IMG/VR virus record: IMGVR_UViG_3300042448_002155
Span: 1 to 64,000 of that record
DNA from: a virus
Length of the DNA: 64,000 bases
Direction: 5' to 3' (one strand)
The notes under the pieces are model-generated. The model did no database searches and was not told the DNA's origin. It was given only the letters and a program-made list of their open reading frames with translations. Position 1 is the first letter of the stretch, and every line of letters begins with the position of its first letter. This document shows, piece by piece, positions 49,201-56,811 of this stretch. The translations under genes and the position numbers were made by a program.

Positions 49201-51492
49201 AGATTTTGGAAAGTTTGATTCGGTAGCCATTGAATCAATATCTTTAATATCTTTTATTAAAGGAGTCTCTAAAGTTCTTTCTATCCCAAATGAATTAAGA
49301 AGTTTATCCCATAGCCCAGAAGCTGTATCGTTTAATATTTTTTCTTGTTCACTTCTAAAGGAAGTGTTGTCTGGTAAGAATATTTTTGTCTGTGTCTCAG
49401 CCGGAGTAAATAAAGTTATATTACTTCCGTCTCTCCATTGAGTAATTATGTTAGTCTCTAAAACGTCATTTTCAAAAGAATTTTTTCTTTCGATTTCAAA
49501 ATCTTCCCGCTGTTCCATCAAAGTAGATACGTCTACGCCTATATGTGTTCCATAGTCAATCACATCCACATTGGCCGTGTCGGAAACCTTACTGTCAGAC
49601 GTCTTCAATAAGAAGCTTTCGTTAACATATCTGTGCATTTCTCCAGCGGCTTTGCCCATATACTGACGATACTTACCCCAGTGTATTGCCTGATTAAAAT
49701 CTTTTAGCATCGGTAAGAATGGCTTGTGATTAAAGTGCACCATTTCCAAATCAATAACTAGAGCGAATGGATAATTTGGAACTGTTGATACTGACATATT
49801 AGAAAGTCCAACGGCAGTGATTCCATGTATTGAGTTAAGGTATTGATTCTTTACTGGTAGTATTGGCGAATATTTAAATGCTGCGACTAGACCTCTAAGG
49901 GAAGAAAGAAATTTATCTATTTTCTCTTCGTCATGTCCACCTTTTTTGAAGTCAATCTTAAAGCTTTCGTCTAGATTTATTGACGCTGCGTCATCTATGG
50001 ATAAGCCCCATATCTCTTCATAGTTAGGAAAGAAGAGCCGCATAGAAATAATGGTTTCTTTGTAACCTGCGTTAAACTTAGGAGTATTTTTTTGTCTAAT
50101 GGCTCCACCAGTTAATGATCCTGTTTTGTAATTAGAATTAACACTAATTGAAATCGGAGGAACGTAGAAGTTTGCTGCACCCAATCGAAGATGGAACATG
50201 TCTGGTTTTCTAGGTGGAATGTTTTCTCTAAAGGGAAAATCTTCAATTGCCTTTTTAATTTGTTGTGCGGTATTTTTTATCTGAAAAGCCAAGGTAAATA
50301 TTGGCCTATTATCTTTGGTGACTCCAAAAGCTCTTTCCAATGATATAATTGCATCAGCCTCATTGTTTAGCGTGTCTTCTGCTCCACCGCCTTGACCATT
50401 ATTGGAATAGTCCCCGACTACTGCTAGAGCATCAAAGACAAAGGTAACTAGGCTCGGAAAATAATAATTAATTATTGAAAATGATATTGGATCTCTTTGA
50501 AGGTTGTAAACTACTTCACTCAATATTGTTAACCACGGCGTATCTATTGCCGGATCAATATATTCATCCATTGATGTTTTAGCTGTTGCAACACTCTGCA
50601 GTCTTTTTTTTGCAAAGTTGCTAATTTCGTACGCGAATGACGCTAGGTACAGAAGTCCACTAGACTCTAGCTTAGCATAAACTGATTTAGAAGATGCCTC
50701 ATCCAAGCTTGAGGCAAGAGAGTTTAAGGAAAATACCCTACTAGTCGTCCCTTGAGCGTTGGCATCTGACACATAATCTTGACCTCTAGTCTCAGTAAAG
50801 TATCTACCTATTACTCCATTGATATCATTAGTCTCATTTACTGGATCGCTCCCGTATACATTATGTAAAAATATTTTAAATTCCGCTAAATATTCTAAGG
50901 TCAATTCGCCTTCAGTGTTGCCATCACTTAGTTCTTCATCTTTTTCTGATGTATTTATTTTTTCCGTTTGCTCAAGAGCAGCTAATTCCTCATCAGTTAT
51001 TCCGTCTTCACCTATATAACTTTTCCAGATATTAAGCCTGTCAAGAATAATTGACTTAGCTGTTTGCATTGTGATTTTTTTTGGAGAATTGTTAGGTAAG
51101 TAGGCGTAAAAAAACCAACTTAATGCTTCAGATAGTGTTGGAACATTTATGGTAGCATACCCGAAATTAACTGCCCATGTCTGAAATGTTTCAAGTACAA
51201 ATTCTAAATTTGAATCTTTATCTAAAACTTCGCAGTTTGCCAAACGAAGTATTGACAAATAGGCGTACTGGTCGCCTGTGCTTTTGAAGTCATCATCAAT
51301 TGCATAAATAAGGGCTTTTCCAGCTTGATTGTTATCGTAACCAATTATATCCGGATAATATCCTGGCAAAATTAAGAACGCGTACATATCGTTTTCATCG
51401 AAGCCCGTAATATCTTCAATTATTGAATTAATACGATCTTCATCTTCAGATAGATACTTTAAAAGATCTTTTGCTATTGGATTAATTGCCAT
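40228..51492 (-). CDS. Giant fused tail-tube initiator/baseplate hub protein with a C-terminal thermonuclease domain
   Basis: Two tube-like domains ending STVPNYP and DTIPNFP. Hub motifs VHLRGGYGSN...FNGVIT and LIGNPDIRPHD...FEVEQVVHHF..GYITTV. C-terminal NDGDT...VRFDGINTGE...DVFDRILGTV...LNWELVANNLA. Confidence 0.75.
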   Translation of the reverse strand: MAINPIAKDLLKYLSEDEDRINSIIEDITGFDENDMYAFLILPGYYPDIIGYDNNQAGKALIYAIDDDFKSTGDQYAYLSILRLANCEVLDKDSNLEFVLETFQTWAVNFGYATINVPTLSEALSWFFYAYLPNNSPKKITMQTAKSIILDRLNIWKSYIGEDGITDEELAALEQTEKINTSEKDEELSDGNTEGELTLEYLAEFKIFLHNVYGSDPVNETNDINGVIGRYFTETRGQDYVSDANAQGTTSRVFSLNSLASSLDEASSKSVYAKLESSGLLYLASFAYEISNFAKKRLQSVATAKTSMDEYIDPAIDTPWLTILSEVVYNLQRDPISFSIINYYFPSLVTFVFDALAVVGDYSNNGQGGGAEDTLNNEADAIISLERAFGVTKDNRPIFTLAFQIKNTAQQIKKAIEDFPFRENIPPRKPDMFHLRLGAANFYVPPISISVNSNYKTGSLTGGAIRQKNTPKFNAGYKETIISMRLFFPNYEEIWGLSIDDAASINLDESFKIDFKKGGHDEEKIDKFLSSLRGLVAAFKYSPILPVKNQYLNSIHGITAVGLSNMSVSTVPNYPFALVIDLEMVHFNHKPFLPMLKDFNQAIHWGKYRQYMGKAAGEMHRYVNESFLLKTSDSKVSDTANVDVIDYGTHIGVDVSTLMEQREDFEIERKNSFENDVLETNIITQWRDGSNITLFTPAETQTKIFLPDNTSFRSEQEKILNDTASGLWDKLLNSFGIERTLETPLIKDIKDIDSMATESNFPKSVKNMVRQAIDILTAGISTTDEYKKVYLYLAQSFISNNDTRLDNEQKRWFLDYQEKIELRGVNGYFTQYESTAESYFINGVLVQGSLNNIKKDLHLKASSSGTILEKLIDEEFVRQTKSAGVEPDRAKIAQQVTEAFQVNMYERFFTDGFIKNMMEATRLKDGDYHFNEWEVPMNRVDLDPKTAIVNGVSISMGNNLAKLQIQMQDEPSYQYIGGKDSYINVSMTVFGEKELLKIRSVFDHTNALARLEHSTGVIGFLGIKNIITALCGIKYVLPLNYKVDTIPNFPHVYAVQLSLVDFDIFQQQREKISSKQQTELIEHFGTKRNPFLRIKQLWGSFNAYPDLPLGVKNKEGDIVGNLDPDFYFRSFEMFDRDIINNTTTQIDLTKNFTFDSSDGFFQGSDNEIAQKKESVKYTIRNFLRRYSTTNVANAAAVDARVQTNEDLINEIIDYVNQSGISPHNFVSIFQEVINEANADVSKNTLLTDFIFLASQSSEGDPLFEEINGSPFLIGNVGVTNGETENMIKTILATSKLAEEEFVSFDPDEVEFHKMIYLMPLGNPEVDDPSELPAIMYTALGSHFGYINKDNGRFYLTADGTNVTIESDGAKKIESNYTKDMQTPDVGCDKSLTGISGAQPLSEYQKAYDGSFNNHMEKMLNDVQYRDISGRMLRAFPTYMLWLIDEGGMFAGVKLFDNFYGLQSVIDFSVVSSEDLLGDTLILRVSNMYSKLTTRPSTDIFNARNDDFNSDPLNSIDGISAILDRTLNIAKNIVSGMRNDYVVDINNIRLKPGVRVHLRGGYGSNPNSLQTLFNGVITNVEEGEIVTVTAQSDAIELGAVVNSTNKKGDSGKIDGGVDTGMYLSEPRDLMVRLLSMGASRTREALARATNGTIFSENRFGIRHFGTMLYEPINEVEKQRADGLRNVVSNAYSNAGQGDLGGAANAATFKLSTNIFQRNPVSTFFGDGTIMTSMGQLMSNFCAEVDLELYKRNIYPGNGTGFAQFLGGDLDDGWSTATSLVESDTKTLAGQRYLEAGTDRSWNRLIAEAQNGSVSSSNTIDSVVEDNKLVSAEGRAGAVKNALLGGFAAGIAAIPGVNVVAGLTGGAALGGLLRGRGGTNVFRTMGIIAPNADDDLSGFDEVSFRAQTYMRTVWDLFQICARLLPNYIVAVRPFEDRSTIFYGKPHWLYTSGVVPVTTGFPSVKKANELDLPGYPKHRSPDEDIQTIMNNINRQSNSMADYEAFKRSSELSDVMAALAKDQASSTGIYAPTERLTGKLLNFNSQLATKRVSKDSDGNDIVLSQLPASIGRVKMGFHLPIDGEKTYASLSVDHRQLDNIPPRFKYPYYTISEATVLDKKSYEVRDGGLFGNYVDDISGNQASTLSRVVDSVGGNFLGWFNPVSAAAKVVDSFEDGESNEAQLSNMSSKQNLQERISEANSKSFSIGGAALSANLIYFLQLEAEFLNETGITIKPSSGILELDRPLGFASFMAAVDSSVSDLIGLGQTTYSRMPLPSVESQGRPKEFVLVNSAKASTEENKDDFSFEYELSQPISYQEWGSPATAEEEQFYIAMRWPYKPDAVDASLERFKEVYGFEDLYGSAADYKKRKVLVFSPLTGRAVVCAPAYFLWGEGDDDVEAVVSPDAAWYLGTFVSTVDDKITIDGSQLAESLPAWANLSLHDGVGLENSILKKIEGETGLSTFPRDVDCFFGFVPDDTPLGVVSSGAAPVKRFFNDADKNSYIIGFGNFAIDDNGDANKFTASPKIIGPGDFGQPSVGDYFKLDGDKNSSLEEYSATNSEVTAYNYAYGGNILQSGDDPSYFQAIVDLDYDALDKGKLWDRLDAELYTTGDEETGSGRVGFAPVYSVLDSTSVEARSFYDENYDPNVSVIAGNGRTLSQASDIWDQFRFGYHTYDSVKAIFTRHYGMDADSTDPFPEEFRKILGGTNTTPFKKFSESIVSIPGLSTVGRSDATGVDELAILLGSDFFNAPDTTTDLGSGVGLNGASSRIEAVEFIRKNYIDYESKGIRGDAGIIQYFNSVITRSLDGIRSNFFESQVINNALSISIENKDDPAAAIKLAEVINTPKQLFLLMVGLFRQKLWSTGYGRAWLVLRPDRKRGFITPGGGGEDGQWSFKPVDKVFEAFISPYSQYAKNNDKFLKLLVSTKGEGSNSSTFIGGLDEDIGDFYSENIGPILGAIGDGLSSLLGMFKLSMMQMGYALSEVGNFSKQAHILNKVLNDSIYYSLGRPGTLLRAVDNPFTREYGEPVIEIRQPFQRIHYLSSFSHIISNQIQENLNNVSTVITAVSDGKNPVTVALDKGAPSERQTETTVETGLYYDNMVGSGFLGVLHPFMHPLESFRGYAKTLQGTPDELSARRVALSHLKESIKDIYGGELTLIGNPDIRPHDLVYLSDVYNRMYGIFEVEQVVHHFTSEMGYITTVTPNALVTVNDPSRWFMSSWLHSWLSMQNMRNDTRFYMDNIMASNTGINMGGNISIDALADSLSTQMIGGVQYTHGSSALMKDIMANQTALSLPDKALQEIESKGQGKASGADTIMQVVGASVARAVPIVGQLAWRGWTWLRDNVLDQHGCYVQYLNKNGQPMDAGLSYNQGMVVGRYHTKALLPGILGARTKVKTADGNTFIRSDDLLKSLGWQETEIKDLVRYTDYENALTHARVLSLSGLGPEKANLQTSLFKVIATVTKFNDGDTFDVEDVISGATFTVRFDGINTGETSPMKVGSIPDEPGADGTTITPISTPGGRAMLYTEAKLKNRVFVLRIKVTNKADTNVIFEAQFEPGATENRLENYTKDVFDRILGTVWYYQPESMINQIKDFVNQCFMLNRGKTIVTTDIDNPVTKEFFGKDFPGLGSIYKESPIFIKRSNIFDKIKSLDIQYAPPLSLSISALDDYGIPEQEFNRFYNDLVCFKVLEATYNKVDEWPTIFWDEYYEDGHPVSLNWELVANNLATVYTKQLLVESQSVISAEESALIPKQVTLNPGT

Positions 51493-51501
51493 TGCGCTTT
51501 C

Positions 51502-51951
51502 CTATTTAAACATCATATTGTTACGAATAATAGTTCTAAGTCTATCACTTGAAGAATCTTTCATAGTAATAGAACTATAGTTATCTATTATACTAGACTT
51601 TGTTTCTCTTTTGAATGAATCTAGAGTAAAACTTTGTTTTTTTGTTTGCAGGTCTTTATTGTATCTGGCTTGCTGATGTCTTTTTCCGCTATATCCACTG
51701 CCATTCATCTGGATATGCGTACTTGGAGCATTGTCTAGCCCCTCTTTGGAGTACTTGATTTTGTCAGATTTTCCTGATGACTCCATTTTTTGGCGCGATT
51801 CACCAACAACATTTTGCGATGGAGTTTTGCTTGAGACTATCTTTGCTGCGTACTTACTTGCCGTTAAGGATCTATGAGACGTATCTTTGGGTTGTTTAGC
51901 AGCAGCACTTAATGCTTTATTTTGGTCCTTGACATTTAAAATCATATACAT
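51502..51951 (-). CDS. Basic, probably disordered hypothetical protein
   Basis: 149 aa, K/S/Q-rich, between the polymerase-like gene and the hub gene. Confidence 0.6.
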   Translation of the reverse strand: MYMILNVKDQNKALSAAAKQPKDTSHRSLTASKYAAKIVSSKTPSQNVVGESRQKMESSGKSDKIKYSKEGLDNAPSTHIQMNGSGYSGKRHQQARYNKDLQTKKQSFTLDSFKRETKSSIIDNYSSITMKDSSSDRLRTIIRNNMMFK

Positions 51952-51957
51952 TTAACC

Positions 51958-54900
51958 TTAATAAGATCGGGCTATCGATTGATATGGGTCTCTTGCCACA
52001 TCCGGGATTCTATTATACATAGTACTGTTAATACTCCCATTAGTGAGTCCCGATGCTGCTGCACTAAATTTTTGTATTTGGTCCCTATCGCCAAATAGGG
52101 AGACCTTATAATTCATGCCCGCAGTAAAGCCTTGACCTCGTGCCTGTGGAATTTCTGACATTCTCTTTGGATAGTCGGACTCATAAGCTGATCCTCCTGG
52201 CAAAAGGGGTGGGCCGGACATGGCTTCCTGAGTGTGATCTTTTTTGTTTTGATATAAAAAGCTAGCTGCTATAGCTATTCCAGCACCTATGGCTGCATTG
52301 CGGACTCCGGGTTTGGCGAACTGCTCTGCTAGATATTGTTTGTTCATTCTTTTGTACATCGATTGTGAGGCAGTTGATTTCTTTACCTGCGACAGGTCCC
52401 TAAGGGTGTCTGCAACAACTCCTGGAGTTGTTTCTGTTATATCATCTGCGGAAGAAAGAATTCTACTTGAAGCTAAATCTCCATTTAAGAAGGCTGCAGC
52501 TTCCTTGTCTGCCTGTGCATTCAATTCAAAGGCAGTTTTATTTCTTAGCGCTCTAGCTATTTGCTGTTCTTCCATAGTGCCTGCCCCTTCCTCGGCCTGG
52601 CCTTTTATGATTGATGAAATAACAGAAGAAGTTTTGCCTGTTCCAAAAAAGTCATCTGCAAAATCTAAGTCCAGCGCATCATCCATGATGCCTGCCTTTT
52701 GAGTATCGGACATATTGCCAAAAATGTCATCGACGTATTGTCTTAGTTGAAGGTTCTTAGTTGACTTTTCGTATATAGCCTTTTGATCTGACATTTGCAT
52801 ATACCTATGAAAGAGATTAAGGCTCTCATTGTCTATGTTTGTTGATGAGTCTGGAAGTTTTGTAAAAAACTCTGGAGCTATTTTTCTTCTTAATCCGCCA
52901 TATTGAAGGGCGCTAGTTAGTTCATACCCAGATATGCCCATTGATTTTTGCACGTCTTGAAGATTTCTTAGTAAATTATCTCCCAGTTCTATTTTTTTTA
53001 TCTCTAATGCTATTTTTGATGATTCTGCAAAAGAGCCACTTTGTATTTCGTCAGCTAAACTTTGTACTGCTTTTATTCTTTCTTGATTTTCGTCTAATAT
53101 TTTTTCTGCTGCAATTCGTGATCTTTCGCTTGTCCTGGAGACTAGCTCTTGTTCTTGACTGATTTGCGCATTTCTTCCCAGTTTTGCCATGGCTTCTAGG
53201 TAATAGTTTGAAGTATTAGCTACGTCTACTATCTCAGAGAGTGATCCTTTTGCTATAATTCCTCTGGCCCTTAAAACTTTTTCTACTTCGTCATATTGTT
53301 GAGATTCTACGGCTTTATTAATGTCAGTTACATCTGCAGCGTTGTCTGCCTCCAACATCCCTGCTGATAAACTTCTTGCAAAATTTATAAGATCATTCTT
53401 ATTCATTTTTTTACTAGTTAAGAAAGCTTCATCGAGTACAAGGGCCTTACGTGGATCCATTGGATCCATTCCATCAAGTTTGTGTTTTTGCCTTAAGTAA
53501 CCAAACATTTTTCCATACTGTTGCATTGTTTTGTCGCCAAAATCATTTAGGTTAGTTTCTTTTCCGTATAATTCTTTTAGTACTTTTACTCCCAAGTTTG
53601 GATCTCCATTTGCAAGCTTAGTAGTTTGCCCCAACAGCATTCGTCCAGATGTAAAAGTTTGCGTCATGTCAATGACGGTTTCAGCTGGAGTAAAAGCTAA
53701 CATTAGCTTCTTATTTATCAAGTCCTCTTGTATGCCAGGAATTGTCCCCAGCATGTCTTCCATCTGCCTTAGGCCATGTCCAACCACAGTAGCTCTATTA
53801 ATGTACTGTCCAAGGATGTTTGTATTTTCTATTGCTGAGTCAATACTCTTATTTATGAAAGATTTTCCTAGTGCAATACTTTTTTGTTCAGGGCTAATAT
53901 TTAACGCATTGACTGTCTTATAAAACTTATCTGATAAACTTTGTATTTCCCTATCGGCGTCTTCAAGATCAACTCCGCCTAAATTTAAACGATTTTTTCT
54001 TTGATCTTTTAATTCTTTCGTCATCTGTTGAAGTTGACTTTTTTGCGATCTACTTATCAGGCTCATGCTATCTAGACTTGATAAGACTTCTTGTTCGAGT
54101 GGCATTTCTGCCACTTCTGCCACTAGCCTCTGGAACCCAAGTGACATTAGTCCTGGATCTTGGTCACCTAAAGCGATTAATTTTGTTGCAGAGAAATGAG
54201 TAACTCCTTCTGTGCCATCGTCTAAAGTTCCAAAAACTCCTAATTTTTTAAAAAAGTTTTTATTAAAATCTCGCATTCCGCCAGTTCTAACACCATTGTC
54301 GAACTTAGCGCCGCTTAAGATGTCATTAACCTCAATGGTTAATTGTTCAATTGTACCCATCATTGAACTATTTATGACATCATCTGAAACTCCAGATCCG
54401 TCAAATGCCATTTTTAATCCAAGAAATTTAGAATCTCCTTTAGCCATCTCATCCAAAGTCTTCATAAAGAATCTATTGCCACCAAAAATTTCACGATAGC
54501 TTTCTATGTCCTCAAACCTAGTAAGGCCAATAACTTCGCCCATTGAAGTAGGCTGACGGACCATGGCGGCACCTAGTCTGCGCTTACCTTCAGACATATA
54601 GGTTCCAAGTATAGGCAATCCCTTATCGTCTAAGTCGAAACCTCCTAGTGCATGATAGAACTTTCTAATGTCATCTTCATGAAATAAAATATTATGATTA
54701 GAAACTCTGAACTGCGCAATCTGTGCGGAAATTTCATCGCCAGCTTCACCTATCGTTACCTTAATCGGCTTTCCTGATAATATCTTTGTTGGGTCAATGT
54801 CAATTGACTTTCCTGATAGCGTCTTTCTTCCAGTAGTTCCAGTCATTGCATTTGCTTCCGAGTTAAGAGCAAATCTATATACATCACCAACCACTGGAAG

Positions 54901-56811
54901 TCTCTGCCCATTTTTTGTTTTATACAACTCAGCTTCATAGTATTTTTTTAACAGATTTAAATATTCTGGAGAATCATTAATGCTTATACCACTTCTATGC
55001 AGATCTAAGATTCTTTGCGCAAAGTCTCTATTTAACATTTTTGAAAATTGCTGAGGTTCCGCAAACTGTTCAATATCTTGTTGTGCAAGTTTTTTAATCC
55101 CCTGCAAAACTTCACTGTTATCGGTTAAGCGCCCACTTTCCAATATCCCCTTAAATTCATCTAACACATTTCTTGAGTACTTGCTGGATATTGCTATATC
55201 TTCTGTGTTTCCAAATATTGCGTCATGGAAAGAAGCCAACATTGGGTCCGTGTACACTCTAGAAGTGGATTCAGCTAGTCCGCTTAGATTTAATACAGGA
55301 GTACCTGCTGCTATTCCTGTTTCTTTCTTTAATCCACTAATTGATGTTATGATTCCATACTTCTCAAATCTTTTTGAAAAATTTTTAAATTGAGCCGCTG
55401 ACTTATAAGAGTAATCAACACCGCCAATTCGCACAGAACCTCTAACCGTACCCTGAGATAAACCTATGGCCTCTCCGTCTTTTATATTTAGCTCAGATAA
55501 CTGCCTTCTTAATTCAACCTTACGAATCATTGATTGTTCATCCCTATTTTGGGTTAGACTCCCCAATTCTTGGTGCAAGGTTTTTCTTAATTCACTTGCA
55601 AATTTTGTATTGATTAACGATGAACCATCTCGACCTTTCTCCAACTCATCTAGCAGGCTCTTAATAACTCCGCTTGTTTCATCATCAATTAAACTTGAAT
55701 TGTTAGGGTCGTTTAGGAACTTTTTTATTTCATTGGTGCCGAATATGCCCTTATCGGAGTCATTCTTTCCGTCTCTAATAATATCTTTTACGAGATTTTC
55801 TAGTGAATTAAGTATTTTTGTTTTATCTAAATTTGACGTCGGTGTTGTCCGAGATTTAATTATTTCATCTAATACATTATTAACATAACTGCTTGCTTCT
55901 TCAACCGCTGTTCCGCCACCCTTATACTGAAAAGATTCTTCCATAAATGCTCTTACGTCAAATTGCTTTGTGCCTAGGGCAAAGTTCTTAGCGGTGTCCT
56001 GATCAAAGCCTAAGGCTATTGTCTCAAACACATTGTCCATAGCAAGAGTGGCTTGTGATAATTCATCCATTATTCCTTTAGGCCCAAAAACTGTAGGCTT
56101 GCTCAGGAACGATTTCATGAGGTCTCCGGATATGGAAATATCTCTTGGAGAAAGAACACCTTTTAATCTTTTTGGAAGCTTTGCAAATAATTTAGATAAG
56201 CCTTCGTTTCCACCTTTTAATGCTTTATCTAATTCGTCTGGAGTGAACAAAGGTCTTCCGCCTTTGGACATTGCCTCTAGGGTTTCCTCCATTGACAATA
56301 CTCGATCACCTTGGCGAAGACTAAGAGCCATTCCACCCTCATCGGTAGGAAATATTAATCCAGCCTTTTGATTTTTCATGTCCTGAAGGAATTTTCCAAT
56401 ACTTTCAGAGCCAGCTTCTGCTTTATGAATTTTGATTTGAGCACCGTATTGCTGATCTCCAGTCAACCCTAATGCTTCATTAATATCCATGAGCACCTGC
56501 CCGTAACCCCTGTACGTGGAAGGGCCAAGAGTTCCTGGCTCGATATTTACTAGCTCAGTCAATCCAAAGCTAGATACATGCTGCGCAACCTCTTCTATTG
56601 AATCGGATACGAACTGTGCTGATTGGCCTGCCTTTAGCCTTAGGGGGTCAATGTAGGTTGATTTAAATTTTAATTTTCCGTCAACATCAACAACTTCTAT
56701 CAATCCTTTTTGGCCAAGATAGCTTTTACTTAAAGCCTGTTTGGCTAAAAGTAATCGTCTCTCCCTTGGCATGGGAGATAGGTATGACTGAATATAATCA
56801 GATACAGACAT
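51958..56811 (-). CDS. Putative virion-packaged single-subunit two-barrel RNA polymerase (YonO/QDE-1-like), atypical active site
   Basis: Ordered motifs KLPKRLKGVLS, RDGSSLINTKFA, TVRG...YKS...ISGLKK, ILFH...LGGFDLDDK, MVRQPTSMGEV, LGQYIN and VIDMTQT, plus a C-terminal hydrophobic helix. Located in the tail module. Confidence 0.6.
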   Translation of the reverse strand: MSVSDYIQSYLSPMPRERRLLLAKQALSKSYLGQKGLIEVVDVDGKLKFKSTYIDPLRLKAGQSAQFVSDSIEEVAQHVSSFGLTELVNIEPGTLGPSTYRGYGQVLMDINEALGLTGDQQYGAQIKIHKAEAGSESIGKFLQDMKNQKAGLIFPTDEGGMALSLRQGDRVLSMEETLEAMSKGGRPLFTPDELDKALKGGNEGLSKLFAKLPKRLKGVLSPRDISISGDLMKSFLSKPTVFGPKGIMDELSQATLAMDNVFETIALGFDQDTAKNFALGTKQFDVRAFMEESFQYKGGGTAVEEASSYVNNVLDEIIKSRTTPTSNLDKTKILNSLENLVKDIIRDGKNDSDKGIFGTNEIKKFLNDPNNSSLIDDETSGVIKSLLDELEKGRDGSSLINTKFASELRKTLHQELGSLTQNRDEQSMIRKVELRRQLSELNIKDGEAIGLSQGTVRGSVRIGGVDYSYKSAAQFKNFSKRFEKYGIITSISGLKKETGIAAGTPVLNLSGLAESTSRVYTDPMLASFHDAIFGNTEDIAISSKYSRNVLDEFKGILESGRLTDNSEVLQGIKKLAQQDIEQFAEPQQFSKMLNRDFAQRILDLHRSGISINDSPEYLNLLKKYYEAELYKTKNGQRLPVVGDVYRFALNSEANAMTGTTGRKTLSGKSIDIDPTKILSGKPIKVTIGEAGDEISAQIAQFRVSNHNILFHEDDIRKFYHALGGFDLDDKGLPILGTYMSEGKRRLGAAMVRQPTSMGEVIGLTRFEDIESYREIFGGNRFFMKTLDEMAKGDSKFLGLKMAFDGSGVSDDVINSSMMGTIEQLTIEVNDILSGAKFDNGVRTGGMRDFNKNFFKKLGVFGTLDDGTEGVTHFSATKLIALGDQDPGLMSLGFQRLVAEVAEMPLEQEVLSSLDSMSLISRSQKSQLQQMTKELKDQRKNRLNLGGVDLEDADREIQSLSDKFYKTVNALNISPEQKSIALGKSFINKSIDSAIENTNILGQYINRATVVGHGLRQMEDMLGTIPGIQEDLINKKLMLAFTPAETVIDMTQTFTSGRMLLGQTTKLANGDPNLGVKVLKELYGKETNLNDFGDKTMQQYGKMFGYLRQKHKLDGMDPMDPRKALVLDEAFLTSKKMNKNDLINFARSLSAGMLEADNAADVTDINKAVESQQYDEVEKVLRARGIIAKGSLSEIVDVANTSNYYLEAMAKLGRNAQISQEQELVSRTSERSRIAAEKILDENQERIKAVQSLADEIQSGSFAESSKIALEIKKIELGDNLLRNLQDVQKSMGISGYELTSALQYGGLRRKIAPEFFTKLPDSSTNIDNESLNLFHRYMQMSDQKAIYEKSTKNLQLRQYVDDIFGNMSDTQKAGIMDDALDLDFADDFFGTGKTSSVISSIIKGQAEEGAGTMEEQQIARALRNKTAFELNAQADKEAAAFLNGDLASSRILSSADDITETTPGVVADTLRDLSQVKKSTASQSMYKRMNKQYLAEQFAKPGVRNAAIGAGIAIAASFLYQNKKDHTQEAMSGPPLLPGGSAYESDYPKRMSEIPQARGQGFTAGMNYKVSLFGDRDQIQKFSAAASGLTNGSINSTMYNRIPDVARDPYQSIARSY

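Noticed and set aside
35394-51492. Bacterial extracellular contractile injection system or tailocin rather than a phage
   Set aside because: It is contiguous and co-oriented with a full phage-type replication and nucleotide module, and no host housekeeping genes are present.
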